Positions 1 through 9,314 are shown, counted from the first letter of the stretch. The stretch is DNA of 64,000 nt from Parcubacteria group bacterium Athens0714_16 (GCA_007376805.1 VMGX01000001.1:70461-134460); one strand, 5' to 3'. The notes: generated from the sequence alone by a model not told the origin. Translations and numbers: made by a program.

Positions 1-104
1 AAGATCGTTAACCCTTGGAAATAAGTTTGAAGAAAGTTCTGTTATTAATAAACTTACCATAGCTTATATAATATAATAAAAAAAAACTTTATGGTAGGTG
101 AAAA

Positions 105-126
105 AGCCCGTTCAGGGCTTTTTCAC
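105..126. terminator. GC hairpin agcccgttcagggct followed by T-run
   Basis: Stem-loop plus TTTTT read directly in the sequence. Confidence 0.4.
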
Positions 127-182
127 CAATTTTTTAAATCTTTGGTAATGAAATTTAAAAACTATGTTAATTAATATAAAAA

Positions 183-207
183 GCCCCCAATTCGTGGGGG
201 CTTTTTA
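183..207. terminator. Bidirectional rho-independent terminator (gcccccaattcgtgggggc flanked by A-run and T-run)
   Basis: Perfect 7-bp GC stem with A/T runs on both sides. Sits just 3' of the stop of the minus-strand ORF 214..1245. Confidence 0.55.
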
Positions 208-213
208 AAAAAA

Positions 214-1245
214 TTATATGAGAGTATATTTTCCGTCTTTTGTTTTCTTAAAACATTTTGGATCTTGTAAATTAACAATGATTGTATTTTCCTTTACATA
301 TCTCTCTTTCAAAACATTTTCTATAATTTCATCCTTTGTCATTGGACCATTTTGTTTCAACATTTGGTTTATAACATCTTTTACAACACCAACCATATAG
401 CCCCATTCTTTTAGTGCATACAATCCTCTACCAACCAAAACAAATCTTGGATCTTTTATTAATTCATTGTGACAAGTAGCAACGTGCGCTTTTTTATTAA
501 ACATTTCACCTATTTTTCTTGTTACTTCAGCAAAGTGCATTGGTGAACCATGTTGTCTTATTATCAAATAAGCATAATCTCTCATTCCTTTTGCATTTAT
601 GTTTGAAGATGAAGACAGCCCCCATTCTCCTAATTGGTTTTTACCTACATTTTTTGAAATTAACAACCATCTCTTTAATGTCTCACTGTCTGAAACGTAT
701 TTTTTAGGAACATCACTTACAAGTTTTGAAAATAACTTCAATATTTCTTCTTCAGAGATTAAATCATTTTCTGCAATTTCACCATTGAGTTTTATCAAAG
801 CACTATGAACCTTGTCAGCTAAGTTTTTATCAATATACCATCTTGGATTAAAATTTTCAGTTTCTTTTTCTTTTGTGAATTCATCTCCCAAAACTAACAA
901 AAGATGTATGTGGTTTTTTTCATCTTCTTTTGCTGAAAGATTTTCAAAAAGATGGTCTTCATGTACTACACCACCAAGCGAATCAATCGCAGACAAAAGT
1001 TCATCAAAGATTTTTCTCTCTTTTGAAATCAGACCTGATTGCTTAATTTTACCCAAAGCATAGTTTTCTATTTGTCTTACTCTTTCTCTTGTTATTCCAT
1101 AATTTTGTCCTATGGCTTCTAGGGTCATTCTTTTTGAGTCTGCACCTAATCCATAACGACTAATCACAACAGTACAAGCGCGTTCTGGTAACGTCTCTAT
1201 TAATTTCTTCGTTATTTGCTTTGGTTTTGTTTGTAATACACTCAT
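214..1245 (-). CDS. DNA-binding protein with N-terminal sigma-70 region-4-like HTH and C-terminal HARE-HTH-like domain
   Basis: N-terminus LPERACTVVISRYGLG...TLEAIGQNYGITRERVRQIENYALGKIK matches the sigma-70 region 4 pattern. C-terminus MRDYAYLIIRQHGSPMHFAEVTRKI...DPRFVLVGRGLYALKEWGY resembles the HARE-HTH of the RNAP delta subunit. Confidence 0.5.
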   Translation of the reverse strand: MSVLQTKPKQITKKLIETLPERACTVVISRYGLGADSKRMTLEAIGQNYGITRERVRQIENYALGKIKQSGLISKERKIFDELLSAIDSLGGVVHEDHLFENLSAKEDEKNHIHLLLVLGDEFTKEKETENFNPRWYIDKNLADKVHSALIKLNGEIAENDLISEEEILKLFSKLVSDVPKKYVSDSETLKRWLLISKNVGKNQLGEWGLSSSSNINAKGMRDYAYLIIRQHGSPMHFAEVTRKIGEMFNKKAHVATCHNELIKDPRFVLVGRGLYALKEWGYMVGVVKDVINQMLKQNGPMTKDEIIENVLKERYVKENTIIVNLQDPKCFKKTKDGKYTLI

Positions 1246-1446
1246 ATTTTTATAATTTATATACTTATAATATTATTGCGTTTTTTAAAGATATCACAAA
1301 AATGACCCCCTGTCAAACTTTTAAAATGATGCCCCTTTCTGCGTCTTTTTATGCAATTTGTCTATACAGAATACATATAAGTAAATACCATGTCAACTCT
1401 TTTGAATTTTATCGAGGGCGGTGCGCTAAAATAGAATTGAGCTAGA

Positions 1447-4083
1447 TTAGATAGTAACAATATTTACAAGTTTCCCTTTGATATATATAGTTTTTTTGAT
1501 TTTTTTGTCCCCCACCCATTTTAGAACCACTTCCGATGAAAGAGCTTTTTCTTTTATTTCATCTTCACCAAGACCGTTATCCACAGTAAACTTATCTCTA
1601 ATTTTGCCATCCACTTGAACAACAACAATAAAGTTTTCGTTTTCTTTTATTTCGTCATATTTAGGCCATTCACTTTTTTGGATAGATTCTTTTTCCCCCA
1701 TCTCTGCCCACAATTCTTCTGTCACGTGTGGTGCAAATGGAGAAAAAATTTTCAAAAACTTTTTATAATTTTCTTTACTAATTCCATTCTTATCATAAAC
1801 GAAGTTTACAAACATCATCATGGAACTTACAGCAGTATTAAATTTTATGTTTTCAATGTCTTCTCCAACTTTTTTTATTGTTTTATTTAAATAATTATTT
1901 ACACCCTCGTTTTCATTATCAACTATTTTTTCCGAAAGCCCACAAACTCTTTCAATAAATCTAACCATTCCAACAACTCCATTTGTGCTCCAACTTGTTT
2001 CCTGGTCGTAGGGGCCAACAAACATTTCATAAAGTCGAAATGCATCTACTCCAAATTTTTTAACAACATCTTCTGGATTAATAACATTACCTCTGGACTT
2101 TGACATTTTTTCTCCACCTTCACCAAGAATCATTCCATGGGAGGTTCTTCTCACGTATGGCTCGTCAGTCGGAACCAAGCCGATATCAAACAAAAATTTA
2201 TGCCAAAAACGAGAGTACAAAAGGTGCAACGTTGTATGTTCCATTCCCCCGTTATACCAATCTACAGGAGTCCAATATTTTAATTTATCCATGCTTGCAA
2301 ACTCTTTGTCATTTTTGTTATCTGCATATCTCAAATAATACCAAGATGAACCAGCCCAGTTTGGCATTGTATCTGTTTCTCTTTTTGCAGGACCTCCGCA
2401 TTTTGGACATTTTACATTTACCCATTCTTTTATATCAGCCAATGGTGATTCTCCGTTATCATTCGGCTCATATTTTTTTACATCAGGAAGTTCAAGTGGA
2501 AGTTTTTCATCAACAACCCATCCTGGATTTAAAATTTCACCTTCATTAAATTTTTGATTTTGGATTTCTGATTTTGAATTTGGAACTTCTTTGGAATTTG
2601 GTGCTTGTAATTTGGAATTTTCCATTGATTTTTTGCACAATTCACAAAAAATCAATGGTATTGGTTCTCCCCAATACCTTTGTCTTGAAAAAATCCAATC
2701 GCGTAATTTATAAGTTGTTTTGAGTTCCCCACCAACAAATTTTGTAATTTCTTTAATCGCTTCTTCACTTTTCATTCCATCAAATTTTCCTGAATTCCTT
2801 AATACACCAAACTCTGTCCATATCTCATTACCAGCAAGAATCTTTTTAGTTTTTTCATCAATCGCAGTTGTAGTATCAAAATTATGAAATCCTGTCGGGA
2901 AAATTCCTCCAACCACAGGACTATTTGGATATGGATTGATTACGTTTATTATTTCAATTTTATCTGCGTTTATCTGCGATTTTTTATCTGCGTTCATCTG
3001 CGATGCGAATGCAAAGTCGCGTTCGTCATGTGCCGGAACCGCCATTATTGCTCCGGTCCCATAACCAGCTAAAACATAATCAGCTATAAAAACTGGAATT
3101 TCTTTTTTGTTTGCAGGATTTATTGCTTTAATCCCTTTTAATTCAATACCTGTTTTTTGTTTGCCTTCAGCCGTTCTGTCTATATCTTTCTTTTTTGCTG
3201 TTTCAGAAATATATTTTTCAACTTCTTTAAAATTTGAGATTTGAGATTTGAGTTTTGAGATTATTTCATGTTCTGGCGCCAAAACTAAATATGTAGCGCC
3301 AAACAAAGTGTCTGGTCGAGTTGTAAATACATTTACTTCATTTTTATTTTCAGATTTGAGATTTGAGATTTTAGATTTTATTTCAAAAGCAATCTCTGCT
3401 CCCTCACTTTTCCCTATCCAATTTCTCTGTTGAATTTTTATTTTTTCCAAAAATTCTGTTTTGTCCAAATCATCATATAATCTTTCAGCATATTTTGTTA
3501 TGGCTAACATCCATTGTTCCTTTTCTCTTTTTTCAACTGGCCCACCACATCTTTCACAAACACCATTAACAACTTCTTCATTAGCTAAACCAATTTTACA
3601 ACTCAAACACCAATTTATTGGCATCTTTTTTTTATAAGCGAGACCGTGTTTAAAAAATTGTAAAAATATCCACTGAGTCCATTTGTAATATTCAGGACTT
3701 GAAGTATTAATTTCACGAGACCAATCAAATGAAAACCCCAGCGATTTTAATTGTTTTCTAAAATTGTCTGTATTTTTTTTAGTTATTATTTTTGGATTTA
3801 CACCTGTTTTAATCGCATAGTTTTCCGTCGGTAAACCAAAAGCGTCCCATCCAATTGGATAAAGCACATTAAATCCTTCGGCTCTTTTTTTTCTGGCAAC
3901 AACGTCCATGGCCGTATAACCTCGTGCATGACCAACATGAAGTCCCTCTCCAGATGCATATGGAAATTCTATTAAACAATAATATTTGGGTTTTTTCTTA
4001 TCTTCCGTTGTTTTGTTTATTTCATCTTTCTCCCAAATCTTTTGCCATTTGCTTTCTATTTTTGAATGATTGTATTTCCCCAT
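1447..4083 (-). CDS. leuS: Leucine--tRNA ligase
   Basis: 878-aa ORF. HVGHARGYTAMDVVARKKRAEGFNVLYPIGWDAFGLP (HIGH region) and KMSKSRGN motifs. Contains low-complexity and NADK-repeat insertions. Confidence 0.95.
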   Translation of the reverse strand: MGKYNHSKIESKWQKIWEKDEINKTTEDKKKPKYYCLIEFPYASGEGLHVGHARGYTAMDVVARKKRAEGFNVLYPIGWDAFGLPTENYAIKTGVNPKIITKKNTDNFRKQLKSLGFSFDWSREINTSSPEYYKWTQWIFLQFFKHGLAYKKKMPINWCLSCKIGLANEEVVNGVCERCGGPVEKREKEQWMLAITKYAERLYDDLDKTEFLEKIKIQQRNWIGKSEGAEIAFEIKSKISNLKSENKNEVNVFTTRPDTLFGATYLVLAPEHEIISKLKSQISNFKEVEKYISETAKKKDIDRTAEGKQKTGIELKGIKAINPANKKEIPVFIADYVLAGYGTGAIMAVPAHDERDFAFASQMNADKKSQINADKIEIINVINPYPNSPVVGGIFPTGFHNFDTTTAIDEKTKKILAGNEIWTEFGVLRNSGKFDGMKSEEAIKEITKFVGGELKTTYKLRDWIFSRQRYWGEPIPLIFCELCKKSMENSKLQAPNSKEVPNSKSEIQNQKFNEGEILNPGWVVDEKLPLELPDVKKYEPNDNGESPLADIKEWVNVKCPKCGGPAKRETDTMPNWAGSSWYYLRYADNKNDKEFASMDKLKYWTPVDWYNGGMEHTTLHLLYSRFWHKFLFDIGLVPTDEPYVRRTSHGMILGEGGEKMSKSRGNVINPEDVVKKFGVDAFRLYEMFVGPYDQETSWSTNGVVGMVRFIERVCGLSEKIVDNENEGVNNYLNKTIKKVGEDIENIKFNTAVSSMMMFVNFVYDKNGISKENYKKFLKIFSPFAPHVTEELWAEMGEKESIQKSEWPKYDEIKENENFIVVVQVDGKIRDKFTVDNGLGEDEIKEKALSSEVVLKWVGDKKIKKTIYIKGKLVNIVTI
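2951..3000. repeat. Tandem ATCTGCG iteron array (4 units, ~11-nt period) inside leuS coding sequence, translated in-frame as SQMNADKKSQINADK
   Basis: ttatctgcgtttatctgcgattttttatctgcgttcatctgcg read directly. The same iteron occurs at 6762-6866, 28384-28478, 44917-44958 and 58606-58612. Confidence 0.7.
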
Positions 4084-4090
4084 TTTATTT

Positions 4091-4145
4091 ACCCTATTAA
4101 ATAATTCGCCCGAAAGTGAATTCCTGTAAACAGGATTTAACGGGG
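4091..4145. repeat. Degenerate MITE/REP-like element with inverted termini ACCCTATTAAAT / ATTTAACGGGGT
   Basis: Inverted termini related to the ACCCTGTTAAAT TIR family. Inner palindrome cctgtaaacagg. Immediately upstream of the leuS start. Confidence 0.45.
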
Positions 4146-4343
4146 TTAATTATACAATAAATTTCTTGTTTAAAAAATGACTAAAAATTAATTGTTGTAA
4201 AAAAAATATTTTTTGATACTATGTGGATTCGGTTTTATGGTTTTTGGATTTAAAACCGAAAGAACGTTAAAAAAGGACATGGTGATGAACAAAAGGGCTA
4301 GTACAAGGAACTAGTATCCTGGCAATCGCCAACATTTTTTGTA

Positions 4344-4366
4344 AGGGGCAATCAAAAATTGCCCCT
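4344..4366. terminator. Hairpin aggggcaat...attgcccct
   Basis: 8-bp GC-rich stem with flanking T/A runs in the leuS upstream intergenic region. Confidence 0.35.
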
Positions 4367-4490
4367 CTTTATTTGGTTTGCAAAATAAAAATATTATGAT
4401 AAATTACAGACGCGACCCTTCTTGGATTATGTGGAAAACGTCCAGGGGTACGGCTCAAATCTCCGAGCTAGAGGAGAGATAAAAACGGCG

Positions 4491-4530
4491 AAAAGGGGTG
4501 TTTGCGAATAGATGCAAACACCCCACTTTT
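4491..4530. terminator. Rho-independent terminator (aaaaggggtgtttgc...gcaaacaccccactttt) downstream of minus-strand gene 4570..5685
   Basis: Long perfect stem with T-run on both strands. Confidence 0.55.
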
Positions 4531-4569
4531 ATTTTCCAATGGTTTCGTCACTAGAAAATACTACTGAGC

Positions 4570-5685
4570 TTAATTCAAAAGTGGTTTTGGATATGGTGGA
4601 TATAAATCTTTATCTATTGTTCTTTCAAAACAAGTTTTTCCTTCTTTATGATCCCATGATTCATTTACTCCACCTGCAGGATAAGGACGAGACGCTACAG
4701 ATACATCCTTTCCATAATAATAATCCATCATCGGCATAACTCCTCCACCATTAGAATATTCTACCCAGCCCTTAGGAATTGGTAACGAAAATGTCGCACA
4801 AAGTTCAAATTTAAGTTTATCTTTTACAAAATATTCGTAAGTATTTCCTTTTTCAAACTCAGGATCAACTGGTAATGAATATCCCGATATTGGATTAGCA
4901 AGATCAGAAAGTTTTTCGGGTAATTTTTCTTTTGATTGCCAATAATATATAACTTGATACTGAATACTTTGAAGATCACCTATTCGTCTATCGTCCATTC
5001 TAAGTTTTCTTTGATTTGAGGGGCTTCCCATAATCATAAAACTGAAAATAACCGCTCCGATAACAAGAACTGCCCCAACTATTGCAAAAATTAAACTCGT
5101 TTTAGAAGAAGAATTTTTTTCTCTAAGTAAGAAGATGTAATATGCTCCAACTAAACCGGCAACTACAAGTGCAATTATTACTTTCAAAATAAATCGCGTA
5201 GTTATTTCACCAGAAATAAAATATCTTATGAGAGTAACCAAATCCACCATGATAACTACCGTGGAAAGAAATAAAATAATATACGTCACCCATTTTTTTA
5301 TAACTTCATCTGTGTGACCTATAATTCCTTTTGCATATTTTCTCCAAAAATAAGAGACAACAATAAAAACTGGGAAAAATATAATAAGTGTTGCGAGTGC
5401 TATACGAATGCTTTCATATTCATATAGAGAATATCCGTACTGATAACTTGCATTTAAAACATCCGGAAAATTTTTGTTGAGTGTTTCAAAAACTAGATTA
5501 AGAAATGATGTAACAGAAGTTATTAATGTTATTAATAATCCTAAGCACAAAAAGAAAAAACCTACATTTAATTTTGGTTTGTTTGATTCCATAATAGGTA
5601 TATTGTAGCATTTTTCTAAAAATCTAAAAAAACAATAAAACAAAGCAAAATAAGGATTTTTACAAATAGAAATAAAGAAGTTCAA
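4570..5685 (-). CDS. Polytopic membrane protein with C-terminal extracytoplasmic domain (hypothetical)
   Basis: Multiple hydrophobic helices followed by a ~160-aa soluble C-terminal region. The true start may be the internal Met (MESNKPK) at ~5592. Confidence 0.5.
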   Translation of the reverse strand: MNFFISICKNPYFALFYCFFRFLEKCYNIPIMESNKPKLNVGFFFLCLGLLITLITSVTSFLNLVFETLNKNFPDVLNASYQYGYSLYEYESIRIALATLIIFFPVFIVVSYFWRKYAKGIIGHTDEVIKKWVTYIILFLSTVVIMVDLVTLIRYFISGEITTRFILKVIIALVVAGLVGAYYIFLLREKNSSSKTSLIFAIVGAVLVIGAVIFSFMIMGSPSNQRKLRMDDRRIGDLQSIQYQVIYYWQSKEKLPEKLSDLANPISGYSLPVDPEFEKGNTYEYFVKDKLKFELCATFSLPIPKGWVEYSNGGGVMPMMDYYYGKDVSVASRPYPAGGVNESWDHKEGKTCFERTIDKDLYPPYPKPLLN

Positions 5686-5720
5686 AATAATTTTTTTAAA
5701 CTATCTGGAGGTACCTTAAA

Positions 5721-6119
5721 ATGACAAAGACAAATAAGTCAGTTGTTTTTGGATTATTATTAACAGGGCTTTTAACTTTTTTAATACCTGTGCTAAACGG
5801 GTTAACAAAAAAAGCCCCCATAATAACCACACCAAACAATGTGGTAAAAACTCTGTTGAAAGGAACAATCGCAGAAAAGCCAGAGTTTTATATTGGTATT
5901 GGTGGCTATGTGAAAATTAGAGTTTCCTACAACAAGGTGTCTGCAACAGACGACACCAAAATTGATTGTTACATTTTCTCAAACAACCCCGACTATATGC
6001 AAATTGGAGATTCTGTAACTTTTCGAAAAATTGATATTGCTTATAGGTTCACTTTTGAAGAGCATCAAAGTTCATTTGGTTTAATAACAAAAATTAAAGA
6101 CACATCGTATTCCTATTAA
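5721..6119 (+). CDS. Small secreted/membrane-anchored hypothetical protein
   Basis: GGAGG Shine-Dalgarno 8 nt upstream of the ATG. N-terminal hydrophobic signal. Terminator immediately downstream. Confidence 0.5.
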   Translation: MTKTNKSVVFGLLLTGLLTFLIPVLNGLTKKAPIITTPNNVVKTLLKGTIAEKPEFYIGIGGYVKIRVSYNKVSATDDTKIDCYIFSNNPDYMQIGDSVTFRKIDIAYRFTFEEHQSSFGLITKIKDTSYSY

Positions 6120-6123
6120 GCCA

Positions 6124-6168
6124 AAACTCGCGTTGTTTTTTAACAACAACGCGAGTTTTTTATTTCCC
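6124..6168 (+). terminator. Rho-independent terminator (aaaactcgcgttgtt...caacaacgcgagtttttt)
   Basis: 15-bp stem plus T-run directly after the stop of 5721..6119. Confidence 0.65.
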
Positions 6169-6180
6169 AAAAAATAAGGC

Positions 6181-6260
6181 CTGTCCGCCTCTGGCGGAAG
6201 TGGAGCGACTATATTTTTTGAGGATCCAGCTCCACTTTTGTAACTTATTTTTATTAAATT
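6181..6260. repeat. Dispersed repeat copy A (ccgcctctggcgg hairpin plus AGTGGAGC...GCTCCACT hairpin)
   Basis: 35 nt (gcgactatattttttgaggatccagctccactttt) are identical to the reverse complement of 62853-62887. Confidence 0.6.
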
Positions 6261-6381
6261 ATTAAACTCAAAGAAAATTTCTTTATTTTAGAATTACACC
6301 TGAAAACGAAAACAAAAGTGGGGCTGTGGTAAAATAAAAAACCCTATCATTCGCTTTCGCTACTAGATAAGGTTTGACCAC

Positions 6382-6630
6382 TTAAATTATTTTAAAAATT
6401 ATTAACAAGATAAATATAACACCAGCAATCACAAACACATCTCTGATTACACAACTCCAATTCCCGACACGAAACCAAAACTTTTTCTTTTTTCGCAGGC
6501 CGGAATTTTCCGGCATATGGTCAAGAAATCTGTTTTGTTTATAGAGATTCCTTCGCTTTGATTCAGAAACTTGAATCAAAAAATGAGCTCCAAGCGCTAA
6601 AACAAATAATATTAAAACAAAAATTTTCAT
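6382..6630 (-). CDS. Small hypothetical membrane protein
   Basis: 82-aa ORF with two hydrophobic segments. No recognisable motif. Confidence 0.3.
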   Translation of the reverse strand: MKIFVLILFVLALGAHFLIQVSESKRRNLYKQNRFLDHMPENSGLRKKKKFWFRVGNWSCVIRDVFVIAGVIFILLIIFKII

Positions 6631-6761
6631 AAGAACTATCCTCCAAAAAGTTGTTTTTCTATTACAAGATTATCACAGTATTACAATATTGTCAACCTTT
6701 GGTTTTTTGTTTTTAACTATTCAACCATTTAGCTAAATTAGAAAATAGTTTTTTGTTTTAT

Positions 6762-6866
6762 TATCTGCGTTTACCCTGTTAAATAAATTTGCTCAAGCAA
6801 ATTTTCTACTTTGTAGAATTTAACAGGGTTAATCTGCGGTTTTGTTATCTGCATTCATCTGCGGAA
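6762..6866. mobile_element. Miniature inverted-repeat element (57 bp, TIR ACCCTGTTAAAT) flanked on both sides by ATCTGCG iterons
   Basis: ttatctgcgtttACCCTGTTAAATaaatttgctcaagcaaattttctactttgtagaATTTAACAGGGTtaatctgcggttttgttatctgcattcatctgcgg. The TIRs are identical to those bracketing the GIY-YIG ORF at 58628-58915. Confidence 0.6.
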
Positions 6867-6867
6867 T

Positions 6868-7965
6868 TCAAATCTTGAATTCAACGACATCCCCGTCTTT
6901 AACAACATATTCCTTCCCTTCCGTACGAACAAGCCCTTTTGCTTTTGCATTTGCATGTGAACCGGCGTCAACTAAATCTTTCCAATTTATAATTTCTGCA
7001 CGAATAAATTTATCTTTGAAATCAGTGTGAATTGCCATCCCCGCCTCTGGCGCACTTGAATTTCTTTTTATAGTCCACGCCCTCGTCTCATCCTCGCCTG
7101 TCGTCAAAAATGTTATCAAGTCCAAAGCCGAGTACCCTTTTTTAATCAACTCATTTGTTCCGTCATCAAAAACATTTAATTCCTTTCTAAATTCTTTTGC
7201 GTCCTCAACACTCAAGTCCTTCAACTCGTTTTCAATTCCGGCATCAACAATAACAAACTCTGAGCCAGAATCTTTAAAAAACTTCATTAACTTTTCATAT
7301 CTCTCATCTTTTATCTCACACACATCCTTACAACCACTTTTTTTATTTAAAACATAAATTATTTTTTTTGTAGTCAAAAGGTTTAATGTCTTCAAAACTT
7401 CCCTTTCTTCTTTTTCTAAATCAAGTGTTGACGCGAGTTTCCCCTCGTCTAAAACTGCATATACTTTTTTAAAAACCCCTTCTTCAAAAATTGCTTTCTT
7501 ATCTCCCTTCTTAATATCCTTCGCGAGAGTATTAATTCTTTTTGAAACGACTTGAAAATCAGACATTATTAATTCCAAATTTATTATTTCAATATCTTTG
7601 AGCGGGTCTATTTCATTATGAACATGTGTTATATTTTTATCTTCAAATATTCTCACAACCTCCGCAATTGCATCGGTTTCTCTTATGTTCGCCAAAAATT
7701 GATTTCCAAGCCCCTCGCCTTCCGACGCTCCTTTCACAAGCCCCGCAATATCAACAAATTCCACAACCGCTGGAATTTTCTTTTTTGAATTTGAAAATTT
7801 ATTTAATATCTCAACTCGTTCATCGGGCACAGGAACAATCCCCACGGATGGGTCAATTGTGCAGAAAGGATAATTCTCCGCCGGAACGGACTTTTTCGTC
7901 AGCGCATTAAATAGCGTGGACTTCCCCACGTTTGGTAGCCCTACGATTCCTATTGAAATATTCAT
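6868..7965 (-). CDS. ychF: Ribosome-binding ATPase YchF (Obg-family GTPase with TGS domain)
   Basis: N-terminal IGIVGLPNVGKSTLFNALT P-loop, NYPFCTIDP, C-terminal TGS (VRTEGKEYVVKDGDVVEFKI). Confidence 0.9.
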   Translation of the reverse strand: MNISIGIVGLPNVGKSTLFNALTKKSVPAENYPFCTIDPSVGIVPVPDERVEILNKFSNSKKKIPAVVEFVDIAGLVKGASEGEGLGNQFLANIRETDAIAEVVRIFEDKNITHVHNEIDPLKDIEIINLELIMSDFQVVSKRINTLAKDIKKGDKKAIFEEGVFKKVYAVLDEGKLASTLDLEKEEREVLKTLNLLTTKKIIYVLNKKSGCKDVCEIKDERYEKLMKFFKDSGSEFVIVDAGIENELKDLSVEDAKEFRKELNVFDDGTNELIKKGYSALDLITFLTTGEDETRAWTIKRNSSAPEAGMAIHTDFKDKFIRAEIINWKDLVDAGSHANAKAKGLVRTEGKEYVVKDGDVVEFKI

Positions 7966-7988
7966 ACAAACATTAAATCACGAAAACA

Positions 7989-8516
7989 CTAAATCGCGAA
8001 ATCAAAAACTTTTACAGGAATTCTTTTTTTATTAGCTTTCTCAATAGTATCTTCTGTGCCAGCACCTTTACTTTCTTTTGTCTTTATATGAAATGCTATC
8101 AACTCATCAGAAAAATCTACAATCTTAGAATTACGTTCATAATACATTGTCTTTTTTGTTTCTTCTGTAAAATTTGTGTCAAAATTTTCCACTAATGCTT
8201 CCGAATTAATTTTTTTTAATTGTGTTAATTGTTTTATAAGATTTTCAGCTTGTTCTTGTGTGATAGTTCCTAAACGAGCATGTTTTCTATAGTGTTCCGA
8301 ATATTTTTCAAGTGTGGTCGGAAGAAAAATTTTTATTTTGTTTGCCTTAGGATCAAATCTGAATGCTTCATCAAGAGCAATGTAATCAACACCTAGCGCT
8401 CCACCAGAAACAATTCCATCTCCACGCTGAATAATTTCTCGCACAACTTTGCGAACTTTGTTTTCAATTTCTTGATTAGTTTTACGCCAACCACCACTAA
8501 TTCCAACCCATTTCAT
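7989..8516 (-). CDS. Rossmann-like SLOG/DprA-like domain protein (hypothetical)
   Basis: GDGIVSGGALGVDYIALDEA resembles the SLOG/DprA nucleotide-binding motif. Weak. Confidence 0.3.
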   Translation of the reverse strand: MKWVGISGGWRKTNQEIENKVRKVVREIIQRGDGIVSGGALGVDYIALDEAFRFDPKANKIKIFLPTTLEKYSEHYRKHARLGTITQEQAENLIKQLTQLKKINSEALVENFDTNFTEETKKTMYYERNSKIVDFSDELIAFHIKTKESKGAGTEDTIEKANKKRIPVKVFDFAI

Positions 8517-8621
8517 TTCTAAAATATACCAAATTTTCTATGAATTTGATAATTATTTTTTATTTGATTTGTCGGTTATAATAATCACATATTAAAAACT
8601 TACCTTTCATACTCTTTCAAA

Positions 8622-9314
8622 ATGAACACGGAACAAAATAAATATTGGGAAAATGTTTGGTCTAAAAAAGATTTGTTTCTAATCTCTTTATTCATATTGC
8701 TTGTGTTCGCACCATTTGTTGTAATAGCACTTTTAATAAATACCGAACTGGTTTTTAGAATGATGATAATAAATCTTGGTTCATTTTTTGCTATAACATC
8801 TGTTATTTTTACTTATTCAAAAAGAAAAGGTGTAAATATTAAAGAATTTGTTTTTAAAACTCCTGGTTTCAAATGGATGTTTATTGCGGTTCTAATTGCT
8901 TTGGGAGTTGTAATAATTGGCGGGGGTTTATCAAGTGCTTTTTCTAAATTATTAAATTTAGAATCCAGCGATTCGGGTTTAATAAATACGGTTTCAAGCG
9001 GTAAGTTGTGGTTAGATTTAATAAATCTCAAACTTATAGTGGGAATATTAATTCCTTTTGCGGAAGAATTATTTTTTAGAGGATTAATTTTTAGATATTT
9101 AAGACAAAAAAATTCTTTTGTTATGTCAGCACTTTTGAGTTCATTAATTTTTACACTCGCCCACCTTGACCCAACATCAATCTTTTTTACATTTTTGTTA
9201 GGATTTTCAAGTGCTTGGGTATTAGAAAAAACGAAGTCATTAATTCCTTCATTTCTAATTCATATGGGAGCTAACACCTTAGCAATAAACCTCCTCCTTC
9301 TTTCTATTTTTTAG
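8622..9314 (+). CDS. CPBP family intramembrane metalloprotease (CAAX protease/Abi)
   Basis: EELFFRG, FTLAHL and HMGANT motifs in a polytopic membrane protein. Confidence 0.8.
   Translation: MNTEQNKYWENVWSKKDLFLISLFILLVFAPFVVIALLINTELVFRMMIINLGSFFAITSVIFTYSKRKGVNIKEFVFKTPGFKWMFIAVLIALGVVIIGGGLSSAFSKLLNLESSDSGLINTVSSGKLWLDLINLKLIVGILIPFAEELFFRGLIFRYLRQKNSFVMSALLSSLIFTLAHLDPTSIFFTFLLGFSSAWVLEKTKSLIPSFLIHMGANTLAINLLLLSIF

Noticed and set aside
2951-3000. TTATCTGCG iterons as DnaA boxes / replication origin
   Set aside because: Only the TTATC half resembles the TTATCCACA consensus. Arrays lie inside leuS, pheS and at the fba 3' end in-frame, with no dnaA/dnaN nearby. More consistent with a dispersed short repeat.
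4084-4570. T-box riboswitch leader upstream of leuS
   Set aside because: No T-box consensus (AATTAGGGTGGNACCGCG) or specifier/antiterminator arrangement found on the leuS strand. Region instead contains a MITE-like element and generic hairpins.
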